Shown: piece after piece, positions 1 through 13,623 of the stretch
Position numbering within the stretch: position 1 is the stretch's first letter
Layout: each line of letters opens with the position of its first letter
From: Phoronis australis
Taxonomy: Eukaryota; Animalia; Phoronida
NCBI GenBank assembly: GCA_002633005.1
Contig: NMRA01000915.1
Span: forward strand, 36,689-100,688
DNA length: 64,000 nucleotides
Reading direction: 5' to 3'
Program-made: the position numbers and the translations under genes
Notes under the pieces: generated by a model
What the model was told of the DNA's origin: nothing
The model's database searches: none
What the model saw: only the letters and a program-made list of their open reading frames with translations

Positions 1-3000
1 TTTCCTAGCATGCCTGCATTGCGGAAAACTATTATCTTTGTCTTTTCTAGGTTTGCATTCAGTCCCCAAACCATACAATAACCAGCTGCTGCTGTGGCCT
101 ATGCGCTGTGCCTGCACAATCTGGTTGATAGTCAGCGTACAATAAAATCACTATATTGGAAAACTCTACGGAGAAGTATACACCCTGACAACTACTGTTA
201 CAATACAATTTAATTAATTCTTTTAAATACATTATATATAACAAAAGACTAATCGTGCAACCTTGTCTGGGACCATTTTGGTATGTGTGATGTATATCTG
301 ATAAATTTTTGCTTACGGTTTAAGGAAAAATTAATCAAAATACGAGAGATGCAAAATGGCAGCTTTAAGCAAGGTTTCATGGTTTCAGAAAGATTTCCTC
401 GGTCTGAAATGTTAAAGGCATGTGCCACCAGATTTAATTTCGTTTTTTACCGTTTTAACCAATCTATGTCTATATCACCTCGTGCTTTGTCCAAAACTTC
501 CCTATCGACAGTTGTCACATTAACCAGTGCGGAAGGTGAGGACCCAAAGCGATGACGTCAACGGATCTTGCAAAGAGTGTGTGTCACTGTTTCTGACAAC
601 GGAATGGTACCTACAAAGAAGTGTAAAATTCAACAAAGTCGCATGTGTAGCAATTTTAATGACTCCAAATGTGTTCAGAAACCCATGGATAGATTATAAC
701 GCGTCCCCGGCTTTTCAGATGCAATCAGACTATAGTTGAAGATGACCGGGTATCATTCAAATTTCTTGAGGACCACAGAAACTTAACATGAACTAGAAAA
801 TAAGAGTTTGCTTTTGCTGTCAGTTGATTTTTGTTTTAGAAAAACGTAATTAACAAGATTGATTCTCCAAACATGTTGTTTTATATTTTCAGCATCGTTC
901 CAACCGAATCAAGGCTATAAACTGACAAATGCCTTAAACGTGAGAAGCAAACCTTATTTATACCAAGCAGTCATTACTGGAGGGGATACGTTTTGGATTT
1001 TCTAATGATAAAAACTTCCCAAACTTCAACTGAATTTTTCAAGTGACGATCAGGAAGCGGCAGTTGACCAAAAAGCCAGCTTTTGCAGTAACCCGCGTAC
1101 GTCTCTGTTATAAAGACATGGTATTACAGAGAGGTTAACACTCACAGTGCAATGGCAGGGTTGAGTCATCATATGATGGAGAAGTCCAGTAGTAAGCGTA
1201 CACCCTTGTCTCGAGTGAGACAGCGAATGACCAGATACACAGTTGGCCGCTGGAATCAGTACAGATAGCCCGAGACTAAAATCGTTATCTTAATAACACG
1301 ATACCATGAAGCTACCGAAAATATCCCGGGGTGTTGAACAGATGTTTTCATACAAATTTCAATATTGATTTTAGTTTGAATTCTTCATTAAGAATTACCT
1401 ATGCTACTGCTGTTCTTGGTAAACGGAAAGTGTATGGCCCGGATTTAGTGTTTTTAATTGTGCCCTTATTTGACTTCAGTGCTATAAGCTGGTCAGTGTT
1501 ATGCAGAGACACGAATCACGACGCTAGACAGGTTACCTACCTGTAAATATAATGTCTGCCTCAAATCTAAAAACACAAAACAAATTGGATGCTGATGTCG
1601 ATAAGGAAATAATGAGCCATGTTGGGTTCTCTCTCATGCTGCCCAAAATGAAAGGTCCAGTCTAAACTTGATTTTTGTAGGATTAGTCTGGCAGCGAGAT
1701 CTTATTTGCAAACCAAGAACATTTTACTGTTAAACACCATGGATGCAATTCTTACAAAATCCGCATTGGCATTGATTATCCATCTTAGATGATCAAAATC
1801 GCGTGAGGTTTGTTTTCTTTTCTCTTCTCTTGGCAAATCATGACGTTTAGATCATCAAGTAAATCCCGTTTCCTTAAGCTGCAATTTAAAAGACTCAAGT
1901 ATAACAATGCTTCAAGCACATAGCCAGAAGCTACCTCGGCTTTGAGAATGTCTTTAACTTGATCAGACCGATCATTCGCCTGTACTTTCGCGTACACTTG
2001 GATTTGCCGGGGATCATATTAGTGTATATCAACCGCATTATTGTGTAAAAATATAGGTATAGCTCCAGTCGTTGTACGGAAGTGAATGGACATTACCGGT
2101 TTTACGACCGAAAGCCGCGTTTTAGACATATCTGTTGTAATGGATAAACTTCTTCAAGTTACTAGCTTTGACCCGTGGTTTCACGCAACAAAATCCGTTG
2201 TATCTAGTTATTAAATCGCCAGTTCTTACCGCTGCTTGCCAGGCATTCGCAGATGCCAATGCTGTTGACTTTATCAGTTAAATACATTCCGATTTTGGAG
2301 TAGGATTATCCGCCGGCGATCGAGCGTTTGACTGCGACCACGGGGGTTCTATTAGGCTATGTTCCGGCCGACTTGTACGTATATGTAGTCATGGAATGTT
2401 ATTTTTCAAGCGTGCCACCAAAAATCCAAATCTAGTGATATCTTATGGTTTTTATGTTCTCTAAATGTTGATTTGGTTATCTCGGCTTCAGCGAACATTC
2501 TAGGCTGGTCTCGGGAGGTTCGTTGCAATGAGGTTCGACTGTAGAATTTGTTTGTCTCATTGTGTGGCAAGCTGTTTAGATGTGAAGAAATTAGTCGGTG
2601 ATGTTTGATCTCGGATTGCTTAACTCAAATTCATTGACCCGAACATGAAACCGTGTTTTTTACCTAAGAATAAATGCTCACAATATAAACAAATCATCAA
2701 AAAATCTGCTAGACATACATGCATATAGTTTCAGTTCTGTTCAATTTCACAATCATATTTTATCAAGCAGTGACGTATTCATGTACCACATGTGCTCATA
2801 TCCAAATTCATTTCCCGGGCCAATTTGATGATTATCAATGGTTTACCGAGAATAATGTATTACGGGTGGTTATGGCTTGATGATTTATCTTTGATAACAC
2901 TATCAAACCGTATCTCTGATATACAAACATATAACTGCTTTGTTCCGCGAGCAGTAACATTTGACGTGGTTATGACCGTCTTGTAAGAGACAAGTAATAC

Positions 3001-4201
3001 CAGAGGGCCGGCAATTGTTCATCTGGAACGTATTAAACGAAGTTTTTGCACATTAAAATGTTTTAAAAAATAAGGTGAAAATGTTGCCGTACCATCTCTT
3101 AACCGTCCCACATCATTATGCAGACTTTATATTTACTCGTGCCTTCAAAACAATAATATTTATTATATATTATTACGCTCAGTTTATAGACCAACGAAAA
3201 AATCAACAAACAACGAATACCAATAAGAATAACATTCAACAATGTTAATGAAATTCAGACAGATCGTTAATTAAAAGTTAGTCTGTAGAAATGCTTTCAA
3301 GCGATATTCCCTTCAGATACCTCAAAAGATTGAAGGTTTCGTTCACCACAAGGTCCACAATCAAAGGGTTACACTTATAACGATCGACTGCAGAGTAAAA
3401 ACAAAAAACAGCATTCTGTCATTTGAAGACCAATACGCTCTGTACCAGTTGGAACCATGTCGTGGATGGGTTTACTGTAATCAGTGCTATTAAACGGTGT
3501 CCATGAGGGGCGCAAAGAGCAAAAACTGTGAAAAAAGAAAACCAACTATATTTTGTAAATTCAGTTCTATTTGATAAATTCCATCCTATTTAAAATATAT
3601 TTAAATCACGTTTCGTAAATTCAATTCTATTGAATTAATTCAACCCAATTTGAAATAAAAAACAAAACTTGTTTGATAATTCATCTAAATAGGTATAAAT
3701 TTATTAAGTAGAGTTGATTTTACAATATATCTTTTCCGCATTTTTTCCCATTTCCGCCCCTCATGGGTAATTATAAACCAGAGACCAGTTTTATCAAATG
3801 AGATGTTCAGTCGCCGTCGGTTTGGACGGCCGGAGTCACGTAATTGCGAAGACATAGATTGCAACTCGTGAAATTTTGACCCAAGGGCGTACAGTGACTC
3901 ACGAGCCAATGATATGGTGGTCTTAGCCACGACTGTCTGTACAATCTTTGACAAAACCGGCCTCACGTGACTTAACCACACATTTTTGTCTCGAACCCTT
4001 CCATTCCATTATAGAGAATGATTTCCATTCCCTTTCGAACAGCACGTCTAAAGCATCGACAACTAAAGAAAAGTGTCACGAGAATTTCACGTGCTGCACT
4101 TGTAATACATGGCGATATTTCACAATGTCTGGTGTGATCTTGTGTTTTCGCGAGATTCCCGCGTCTACGGAGCGCATGCCTGGTAACCACGGAGTCGGAA
4201 A

Positions 4202-4852
4202 GATTATTGTTTACAATCCGAATCCGTTAACGTATATACTTTATAATAATGTTTTCTGAATCCTCTCGTCAGGGTGATCATGGTGATTCCAAAAATGTAG
4301 TACTCGTACCGATTAGACTCTTTTTATTCTTGCATTCACCGTTTTTACGAGGTGTTCATTTGCGGCAGCCGATCTCAAGTGACCGCCATTGTAAAACTGC
4401 GAAACCTGTCGGCAGGAATGATAACTACAACCATCATGCGTGTGTCAAAAGGACCCCAAAATTGGCTAGTATGTTGAAGATACCGCGTGGCATGTTAGGG
4501 AAACTCTGAGTAAAAAACAGTAATAATCCTTTATAAAGGATTCCCTCTTCAAAACTTCATCAGAAAAAACATGAGAGTGTGTTCTCGCGGACAAATGTCG
4601 TCCTCGAAAACACTTGACAGCTCGCGGTTAACCCTTAGTTATCAATGATGCCGAAAGGTGTTGCACTTTTAAAAATGGCCGCCTCATTAAATCCGCATTG
4701 CAAATGAACGCTTTGGAAAAACTCGGAAATTTTGAATAGTAATCGACCAATCAGTACAAGTAATACATTTTTGGAATCACCATGACTAGAGAATTTAGAA
4801 AATAGTAGTATCAAGTATGTACGTTAATGGAGTCGGATTGTAAACAATAACC
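4202..4852. mobile_element. Non-autonomous DNA transposon with ~110-bp TIRs and 8-bp TSD
   Basis: ttattgtttacaatccga...catggtgattccaaaaatgta mirrored at 4745-4852; TSD GTCGGAAA at 4194-4201 and 4853-4860. Confidence 0.85.
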
Positions 4853-7039
4853 GTCGGAAAAATGGAAGATATCAAGTTAATGCAAGAGAATCGCTACACG
4901 TAATGCCCCCAACTTATAACGTTCCAATTAAAGTGACATGGAGCATAAAGAACAGACTAAATTCTATTATTTCAAATTGTTCTCAAACTGTTCACCACGT
5001 ATTTTTACGGTAAGTGTTCGTAAATATTTCTAATTTCTGTTGATGTCTAACATTTTCCCTTTAGTTTCAAATTTAAATAAAAAAATGTCAACTGCTTGTC
5101 TCTTCGTCGATTTTTCTTCCACACGGCTAAGCAAGTCTTCTTATTTGGTATGGTAAGACATAGAAGAGGATATTTCCCTTATATGGAAAATGTGACCTTG
5201 ACCTTTGACGTAAACAAAACAATGGCGAATTCATGCAGCTGCCAGTCCGACACCTTTGAGCGCACACGTGCATATAAATTATAAGGAGCGGATTTGAAAA
5301 CTGTATTTTTCTAGAAATTCTTGCACTATTCAAAGTGAATAACTCTCACGTCAGCATTCCCAAGAAGTAGATTAGTCAAGATCTGTATTTTTACGAGTTG
5401 TTTCGTTTCATGCCTCTTTAATGTGAAAAAGGACACGCATTATACCTAAAAAATAAAGCCCAGTGTGTGCGTGTGTGTTCCAAATCTGAGTTTCAATTTG
5501 GTCTCAATCTCATTTCAGAGCAGTGAGCTCCATCTATAAACGGTTATGATGCCAATTTACTTGACAACTGTCTCCATTTATTGTCACTGTAGTTTTTATC
5601 CTAAATGTGTTTTTTACCTTTTTGCTGATCTGAAGGTACCTAATCGGGTGTATGAAGTGGATGATATTATGTCACCCACCCGAGTTGACGTGTTGGGACA
5701 CTTGTGAAGGGTATCGTTTGTCATGCTAGCGGCGCTTCCACTTGTGAGCGAACGCATCTGATACGGTTTCTAAGACATTTCAACACTGTAATCAGACTTA
5801 TTTCTCTTGCACAGATTTTTGACATGCTTACATTATCAAAGTTTTTTTCTGTGCAAACAGGATTTATTTTACTTGTAGCTTTGCTTTGGACGGATTTTTA
5901 AGGGAACGACTTTTTAACTCTGATGCCGGACAACAAATCATGCCAACATTGCTCCTTTTAGACTTTAAGGGAACCATGTTTCGTATATCTGTGCTTGCGC
6001 TGAGCTTGAATTTGAGTTTGAACGTAACATCTGCTTTCAATAGGTCTGGGAGCGTTATTTATTAAACTCCCCTTATATGTTTGCAGCAACCCATCTTGTT
6101 GCTGAAAGAAAGGTGATAGATAAGAAGACAGTCGCAGGTAAAAGACATGAATTGAGTTCCACAAGGTCGACAAAACAGAGCAGATTTGTGGGAGATTTGG
6201 CATTGCTTATGCGTCCTGTCGAGTTGTAGAGACTAGGTGGGTTGGTAGGTACTATTCTTGCAGTCCAGTTTTGTATTGCGGCTTGTAAAAATTGCAAAAA
6301 CACAAAAAAATTATAAAAATTAAGTCAAAATTGTATTTTTTGGTGTTCAATGTTGAATTCTTAATGGAAGCGCTTTATAGGTTTGAAAGCATTGCCACGT
6401 TCTTACTATATGGAAGCGTTTTTCTTGAGCCGCTGATGGTTTCGATGTTTTTGTTCGATCGGAAATAGAATCCTGTCGCGAAAAGGAATATTATGAGACC
6501 GATTTTGTCAGAGTAGGCTTAAGTCTATTTTCGTTTTAACCAGCTTAACAATGTGAAATTCAACTTTAAGTAAACCCAAAAGAATAAGGCGCACTAGTTC
6601 GCTATTTGCCACTAAATAATGCGACGGCATCGCAATGGGAAGCATCAACAAGTGCCACAGTGCTGTCAAAGGATACGTTTACATCTTATGGTAAATCGAA
6701 GCTACATACATCCTTTACACGATCATTGTGAAGATATTATCTCATTATCAACACAACCCTTTCCTTTTACACCCAACATTGCAAGAGTGTATCACTTGTA
6801 AATATGGCGTTTGTCACAGCGGACAGCAGATTTTCTAAATATACCCAGTGACATCACTTGCAGAATAACAGCGGACAAAACATGGAAGAATAGACCGGGA
6901 TCCCCGAGCTTTTTTGGGCATGAAAAGGTAACCAATTTTCTTTGGTACCACAGTGCTCTGTGGGTATCCTGATGCCTGGAAATGACCAGCTAGCAGGTTC
7001 GCTTTGGTGGGTGTGGTCAGGAGAACCAAGACAATACAG

Positions 7040-7975
7040 TAAAAAATTGAGCTAGATCAACTTTTCTGGTAACCACTTCAAACTGCCTTGGATACCTCCT
7101 ACGTAATCCACTGTATCAAAATTGGTCACTGCCAGACAATTTCAGTGGTGGGGAGTATCAGCCAGACGGTTATAAACAAGGCCAAAAAATTGAGCTAAAT
7201 CAATCCAAGAGGTAACCGCGTGAAACCAGTTGCAAAATATTCACCGTGAGCCAAGGTATCACGAATGAACACTGCCAGACAAATCTAGTGGTGGGTTAGC
7301 CCCGCCAGACATGCCCAAATACCCGAGTTGAGCTATCATTCGATCAGGTAACCGTTTGAAACCAATTGCACGATGTTCAGCATCACTGTACATGGCACAA
7401 CTGTTAGATGCCAGACAATTTCAGTGGTGGGGTGCACCTGCCAGACGATTGTCAAAAAGGGTTAAAAAATGAGCTAGATCAGCCCAAGAGGTAACCGCTT
7501 AAAACCAGTCCCAAAATATTCACCGTAAGCCCAGGTATCACGAATAAACACTGCCACACAAATCTAGTGGTGGGTAAGCCCCGCCAGACACGCCCAAAGA
7601 CCTGAGTTGAGCTAGATCAACCCACGAGATAACCGTTTGAAACCAACTGCACGATGCTCAGCATCACTGCACATTGCACAACAGTAAGATGCCAGACAAT
7701 TTCAGCGGCAGGGTTTCCCTGCCCGACGACTAAAGACGAGCTAAAATTTGAGGTAAATCAACTCAAGAGGTAACCGCATGGAACCAGTTGCAAAATATTC
7801 TACGTAAGCCCATGTATCATAAATAAACACTGCGAAACAAGTCTACTTGTGGATTAGCAATGCCACACACGATCAGATTTACCTGCCAGGTAACCCTTTG
7901 AAACCAGTTGCATAATGTCGAGCAACATTCTACATGCAACAAAATGTACTTAAAAGACATTTTTAGCGGTGGGGC
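7040..7975. repeat. Tandem satellite, ~140-bp monomers in alternating A/B order (~279-bp dimer)
   Basis: Anchor g(g/a)taacc at 7068, 7211, 7347, 7490, 7628, 7769, 7889; A units at 7211/7490/7769 are 279 bp apart; shared tgccagacaa..agtggtggg core. Confidence 0.85.
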
Positions 7976-8971
7976 AGTAACATGCAGGGGTTTGGTCGAT
8001 GCAGGGTCGACTTTTTATTAGACGCCCCTATCTCTCTACTCAAATGCATATGTTCTATTCAGGCCCGTAGCCAGCACTGAGCGGGGGGTGGTTCGAATTT
8101 TAAGAAGGTAGTGGACCTTTTGTATTTTGCAAACGTAGACACTGTAAGGCCTTTGACTCAGCTTAATTAGGGGGAAGAGAACATTCTCGCATTATCTTCT
8201 GCCAAAGTTTCAAATCAGCCATGCTTAATGAGTGATTACACCTATTGCATACTCAGACGGAAATATGACATTTAGTCGGTGAATGACTTAACAAAATTGT
8301 TTATCTAGTTGTATTGTTGTGTGTTACTTAAGTTGCTTACATCGCTGGAAATGGGAACATCCCACTTTTTCGAAGGTTTACTTCTCGTAAGGTTCACTAT
8401 TCCGAAAATACACTAGTTCAACAATTCACCACTCCAAAGATTCACCGCTGCAAAAATATTTAAATTTTCAAACTCAGACGTGATTTTTAAACTTTACATG
8501 CAAAAATAAACGATATTTCGGTTATTAGAAACACCTATACCGAAAACAACACCCGGCAACTAAAACACTTGGTTTGGATTCCATGTGACTACCGTATCCA
8601 GCAGGCCAGCACAACTAGAAAGCGTAGTTAGATTTCATATGCATGGGAAATTGCCCGCATGTCTTAAAATGAGTACGCACTTGCATTTTAAAATGATATG
8701 AAGTAGGAATACTGATGAATTATCAACCATGACACAATTCATCAAATCCGTGTCAAGATCGAATCGCAGCGCGACGCAGACGGCCAGGTCGAAACTAAAT
8801 GAAGTTAGTAGGCCACCCTGTCCCTTCCACATCTCACGAAATCAGGGAGTCCCATTTAGTCTTCTTAAATTTGAAACCGCCGTTGGTCACCGTATCGGGG
8901 CCCCAGATGTTGTCTCTGCTTGAGAATGAGTCGTGATCACACAATCACGGTAGTTAACTGTCGGAGTTTTG

Positions 8972-9363
8972 GGCCCAGTCTCGAATCTTTTTACTCGACA
9001 TGGAATTCGAAATTATGTGTGGGATTTTTTACTCTACTTTTGCGCGAACTCAAGACATGTGTTTATTATTCTATGCTTGAGCACATAACGTGGACGATTT
9101 TTAGTCTTAGTTCGCAGTTGATAAATCCATCATTAAAGCTAAAAGTTCGAGTTTGAACTCGAAATGTCGAGTTTTTACTCGAGTTTGTAGCACGAATATC
9201 AGGATTTTCAAGTGCAAACTTGGACTAGAAACTCATATGCATAAACTATAATTATTCGAGCACAGTTTGATAACCACTTTTCTGGAGTTAGCGCAAAAGA
9301 AGCAGACAAATTGCCAAAATTAATTTCGAGTTCGTTTCGAGCGCAAAGATTTGAGACCGGGCC
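8972..9363. mobile_element. MITE with GGCCC termini (PIF/Harbinger-like)
   Basis: Left ggcccagtctcgaatctttttactcga..ttcgaaatta vs right rev-comp ggcccggtctcaaatctttgcgctcga..ctcgaaatta; related end at ~45050; TSD not clear. Confidence 0.65.
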
Positions 9364-10250
9364 AATTTTGGCAATTCCAAATTCTCACTGATTCTCACTG
9401 TTACATAACATTTTCTCACTATTTTCTCACTGACTGCCCATGTTGTTCAATAGGGCTATTCGGAGAATTCACCTCGCGGTGTCGCTGCTGTACTAGTGGT
9501 GACTGAATTGCGCATGCGTGGCTGTCTGCATGTAAACAACTGGTAAGGAGGCACAGAACAGTTCTCACTGGGTTTTGCCTAGCAAAACACACATCACTTG
9601 ATTTGTAACCTTTTCTTCACTCTGTCAAAAACAGGATGCAAAGAATGGCATGTTTTCAATTATTTCACATAAAAAGCCCAGCAGATGAGCACAGAAACTT
9701 TATTCTTTCTTGTATTTTTGACCATTTCATTCCCACTGACAACCAAGCTAGACTAAGAAAAATAAGGGCAAAAAAATGCAAAATCGGCACTTTTCACCCG
9801 AAAAACACCACTTCCCTGCCGATGCACGACTAAAACCAAACTTAGAGTCTGAAAGCAAATTTCCTACCGATTCAGAAAATGTGGTCCAAAAGTACTGTCA
9901 ACCAACTAGTTTTTTTGCAATTCTTGCTTGTTTGAGGGCTACCTAAAATCACAGCCAATTTCTCGGTCGCTACCCAACAATGCACAATTGCAGCCGGGGG
10001 CCGCCATCTTGAAGAAGAGTGCAGCTACAGCCAAGAAAGTGGCCTTTTTTATTCACAGCATGTTCACAAATACAAACAAACCACATTCACTGAGCCTACG
10101 TGCAATGCCCACCTACAAAATGCCCCCAAACTTGGCCTACCCCAAAATTTCTATATTTTGGGAGTGCAAATTGGCCGTGCAAATTGGCCGCGGCCGCAGC
10201 CTAACTATTCAGTGCCACCTAAAAGATGGAATTGTTATCAAAATACGTCT

Positions 10251-11160
10251 CATTACTGCTAATTTCCGTGGTGCAAGTCTTCGACAGCTGGCCACAAATT
10301 CCCAAAAGATCTAAGGTTACTATATTCGTGGACAATTGCGGTCAAAAGGGTCAACTAATTGACAAAAAGTGTGTGGATGCTGAAGCCACGTGTGTGCTCT
10401 ATGACTAAGTATGCAGTTCCATTCGGAGACTACACACCATTACTTGGTAAGTTTTTAGCAATCAAGTTTCTATCAACATCGTTCGGTGCTGTTATCCCCA
10501 CCAGTTACCCCAGTGAATAACAGGTTTAGCCCCTATTGAGTGGAACTACTGTTTCTTTTAGGAAACTCACCCGATGCCGGGTGGGCTAGCAGCACATATT
10601 CATATTGTCCTGGCTGGGAGTGCTCCCAAAATAAGAGGTGTATTTTACGTGATGCACAGATGTCAAGGGTAACTTTTTCAAAGCAGTTTCTCTTCAAAAC
10701 TATGCTGTTTCCAATAAAATTATCTAGATGAGTGAGTTTCCTTATTTTATCGCGGACTCCACCCCCAGGACTACCAGATCAGTTATCGAATCAACATGAA
10801 TAAGACTTAATTCAGTAAATGTCGTAACATTGTATTGGAAGAAAAATTGACACCTAGAATGAATTTTACTTGTTGAGATCCGAAGCACATTTTAAGTGTC
10901 TTGAAAAATACACATTGTTAAATCACTTTTAGCCTGTGTCACATATTTTAATTCAGATATAAAATAAGACTTGGGTACAAAGGTTATTAGTTTCTAAACA
11001 TCAACATGAAGATGAAACGTCAAGTATGTTCTGCCTTACAAAAGTAGTTTTGTCTTGTCTTTTCCTTTACAATTTGCTAATATTTCTCCGACTATTCTGT
11101 TACAGGTGAGCGAAAACAACTGAAACCAACCGCCCGACCCTCTATTTTACCTTTGGACAA
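10251..11160 (+). pseudogene. THAP zinc-finger remnant of a transposase, split by intron 10447-11105
   Basis: HYC*FPWCKSSTAGHKFPKDLRLLYSWTIAVKRVN*LTKSVWMLKPRVCS...DYTPLLG|gtaag ... acag|GERKQLKPTARPSIL matches THAP consensus C-x-x-P-x-C...HxFPxD...W...VCS...LKxxAVPSIF; in-frame stops. Confidence 0.75.
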
Positions 11161-11442
11161 AGTGTAAAGCAATCCTTCAGCAATAACCTGAGAGAATTGA
11201 ACATAATTCAGAAATTAGCACTTGATATGCCTGATTATGGACCTGTCGCAATGCTGTTTCTTTCTGTGCTTTTTCAGTTTGCCATTTGTTTTTAAATACG
11301 CTGATAATTGTTTATTCTCGAATCTTGTGCATAGCAGATTCTTATCCAGCTAGATACAATTGAAAATATGCAATAAGACAATCGATGCAGTCACTGAATG
11401 TCATTTCCCCATAATGTGTACCAAATTGAAAAGTTTTTACTA

Positions 11443-11982
11443 ATAGCATAAAGGAAAATTTAATGTCACCCTGCTTTTGGCTTTCATCTCACTGGGATCT
11501 AGTTTCAATGGCCTATAGAAGTGCTTGTAAAAAAGGTCCAGTTTCGACACGAGGCTTTCTTTCATGTAACCTCATTCAGCCTCAATAACATCCACAATTA
11601 GACCCTTGAAGGTAAGCACAGCAGCAAAATCAGACCCTTGAAGTAGACCAGAGTGTCACTAGGTCTTCTTTAGCTCCAGTCCCTCATGTTTCTTCCTGAA
11701 AAGAAATAAGCTATTGTCCACACTCATTGCCTATGAAAGGGCATCCTCACCAACAAGGCTTACTTGTGTAGCAGTCAGATATTGTTCGTCTGAATACACA
11801 GACAGTCCACTTGCACATTGTCTTATGGTAACTCAGTACTACGATTCACATTTCTCCAGGGCCACTGACTTGTACATTGTGCCATGCAGCACTGCTGGTG
11901 TGTGAAAGTGCTGTGGGAAGATAACGGAGTAACAATGCTTGTCTGTGATACAGCTTGAAGTGGCTGTAAAATGTCACTGAAC
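11443..11982 (-). pseudogene. YqaJ (lambda-exonuclease-like) domain remnant
   Basis: RFSDIL / PAVLHGTMYKSVALEKCES*Y*VTIRQCASGLSVYSDEQYLTATQVSLVGEDAL / VLTFKGLIVDVIEAE / SLVSKLDLFYKHFYRPL resembles YqaJ motifs (HG..E..A, GL.v...LxASPDGLV, KL..FY...P); stops and frameshifts. Confidence 0.65.
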
Positions 11983-13623
11983 CTGGAACAAATATTGAAA
12001 TGTGAATAATTAAGTACTCCAGATGGGGTCAAAAACGCTATTCCTGTTGTTCAAAAATATATGGTGACTGCTTTACAGTTTCACATAAAATTACATAATT
12101 ACTATTTTCAGAAACCAAGGGTGTATATAATAAGCATTGCATAAAACTGTGTCTTTATTTTTTATTCGTAGCCACAACAATTCTTTGAACGCATCACTTA
12201 TCTGCAAAATATACAAGCTCTTTGAGACAACTTCAAACCTTTGTTACCCATTTTCAAGCCTTTTGAATTTTGATACTTTCAGCAATTTTAAACTCCGATT
12301 ACAGGTTCATGGGTCTGTCAAGAATACATCTAGTCTAAGGTTGAGGGAACAGTTTCTCAGACTTTTAATTTTTCTTCTAATAGAAGATATGAAGACTTGG
12401 GTCATTTAAAAATGATGATTAATCTTTCTGTTGTTTAAGAGTAATTAAAAATCGCAAGGCACCATCAAAAATGCAATTTTCACAAAAATGGCAGTCATTT
12501 GAATTTATAATGACTTGCAACATTTCAAGGCATGAGTTAAGACTTTTCAGTCTCTGTGAATTCAGAAAATGTAATATATTTTCATGGGTTTACAATTGAT
12601 ACAAGTAGAAAAACAGTTTCAAGAAAACAAATTGAAGGGACTTCATGAAGATTAAGAATTTAATTGCCTCACCATGCTCTTTTCCCCAAACATGTATTAC
12701 CTGTTATTTCCACACATTCAGTTGTACCAAATATTACAACCCCAACCCCCATCCCAATCCCCCACTAAGGACCTGAATAAGAAAATTAACAAAATGACTT
12801 ACATACCTTTCTTTAAAAATAGCTGTTCCTTTTCAAAGGCTTTGTTCGTTGCCTCCAATATTGAAAGTAGGCTTTAACAAAAGATCTGCACTGGATGGGA
12901 AGATCTTGCTGGTTAGCTGCAGTCAAATGCTAAAAACCAATTTTTGTCCATTCAGGGACGGTGCAGAAGCGATGCTTATCTCCTCTGCACGGTACAATCC
13001 CTCAAACCCAAAAACCAAAGGTTACATGAAAACAGACGTGATAGATTTCCATTTCAACGTGTAATAGATTTCCAGAAGACATATGATAGGGAGTAAACAA
13101 ATAGTCTAATGCACTGGATATTTGTCATGTGCCCCGCTTTGCCCGATTGGGCTTGGATTGTAATCTTAACTCATTAACATGTATCGAGTTGACAGCATAA
13201 ACATTCAGCATTGATTGATGTAACAGTCACTGATAAACTGTTAGAAATCATTCCTAAAAATAATAATGCTTTGATGTACGAAAAGATCCTGATTGTTACG
13301 TCAAATATCGTATCACATACAACGAACAAAGATTAACCCGACTGTCGACTGCCGCGAAGTCGACATCGGCGAGTACCTCAGTTAACAGGCATCGGTAGAT
13401 TAAGCATGGAATAATCGTTAAAATAATCACAAACCTTACCTTTGTATAAGGTCGTGCTTACTTCCTCTCATAGAGCACCCTTTTCACGCAATCTCCGGCA
13501 GATTCAGTTGGCACGGCTGCAAGCCCTTTCACCATGTATTTGAAGGGCTCACGAAATCGAGGCTGTTAATCTATCACCACTAGTACACGCCCTCTAATTA
13601 TTGTAGATTTTCCGAATAGGGGT

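Larger units (their letters stand above)
9452..13623. mobile_element. Decayed, internally deleted DNA transposon with convergent THAP and YqaJ-exonuclease genes (ISL2EU-like)
   Basis: Imperfect TIRs (ctattcggagaat...tgtactagtggtga at 9456-9502 vs tcaccactagtaca...attttccgaatag at 13574-13619); THAP remnant on +, YqaJ remnant on -. Confidence 0.65.

Noticed and set aside
1785-1997. 70-aa minus-strand ORF ending in a Walker-B-like hydrophobic stretch
   Set aside because: No Walker A or extendable frame; cannot be supported without a search
7040-7975. CRISPR-like array or coding repeat
   Set aside because: Eukaryotic context, no unique spacers, variable unit lengths and stop codons
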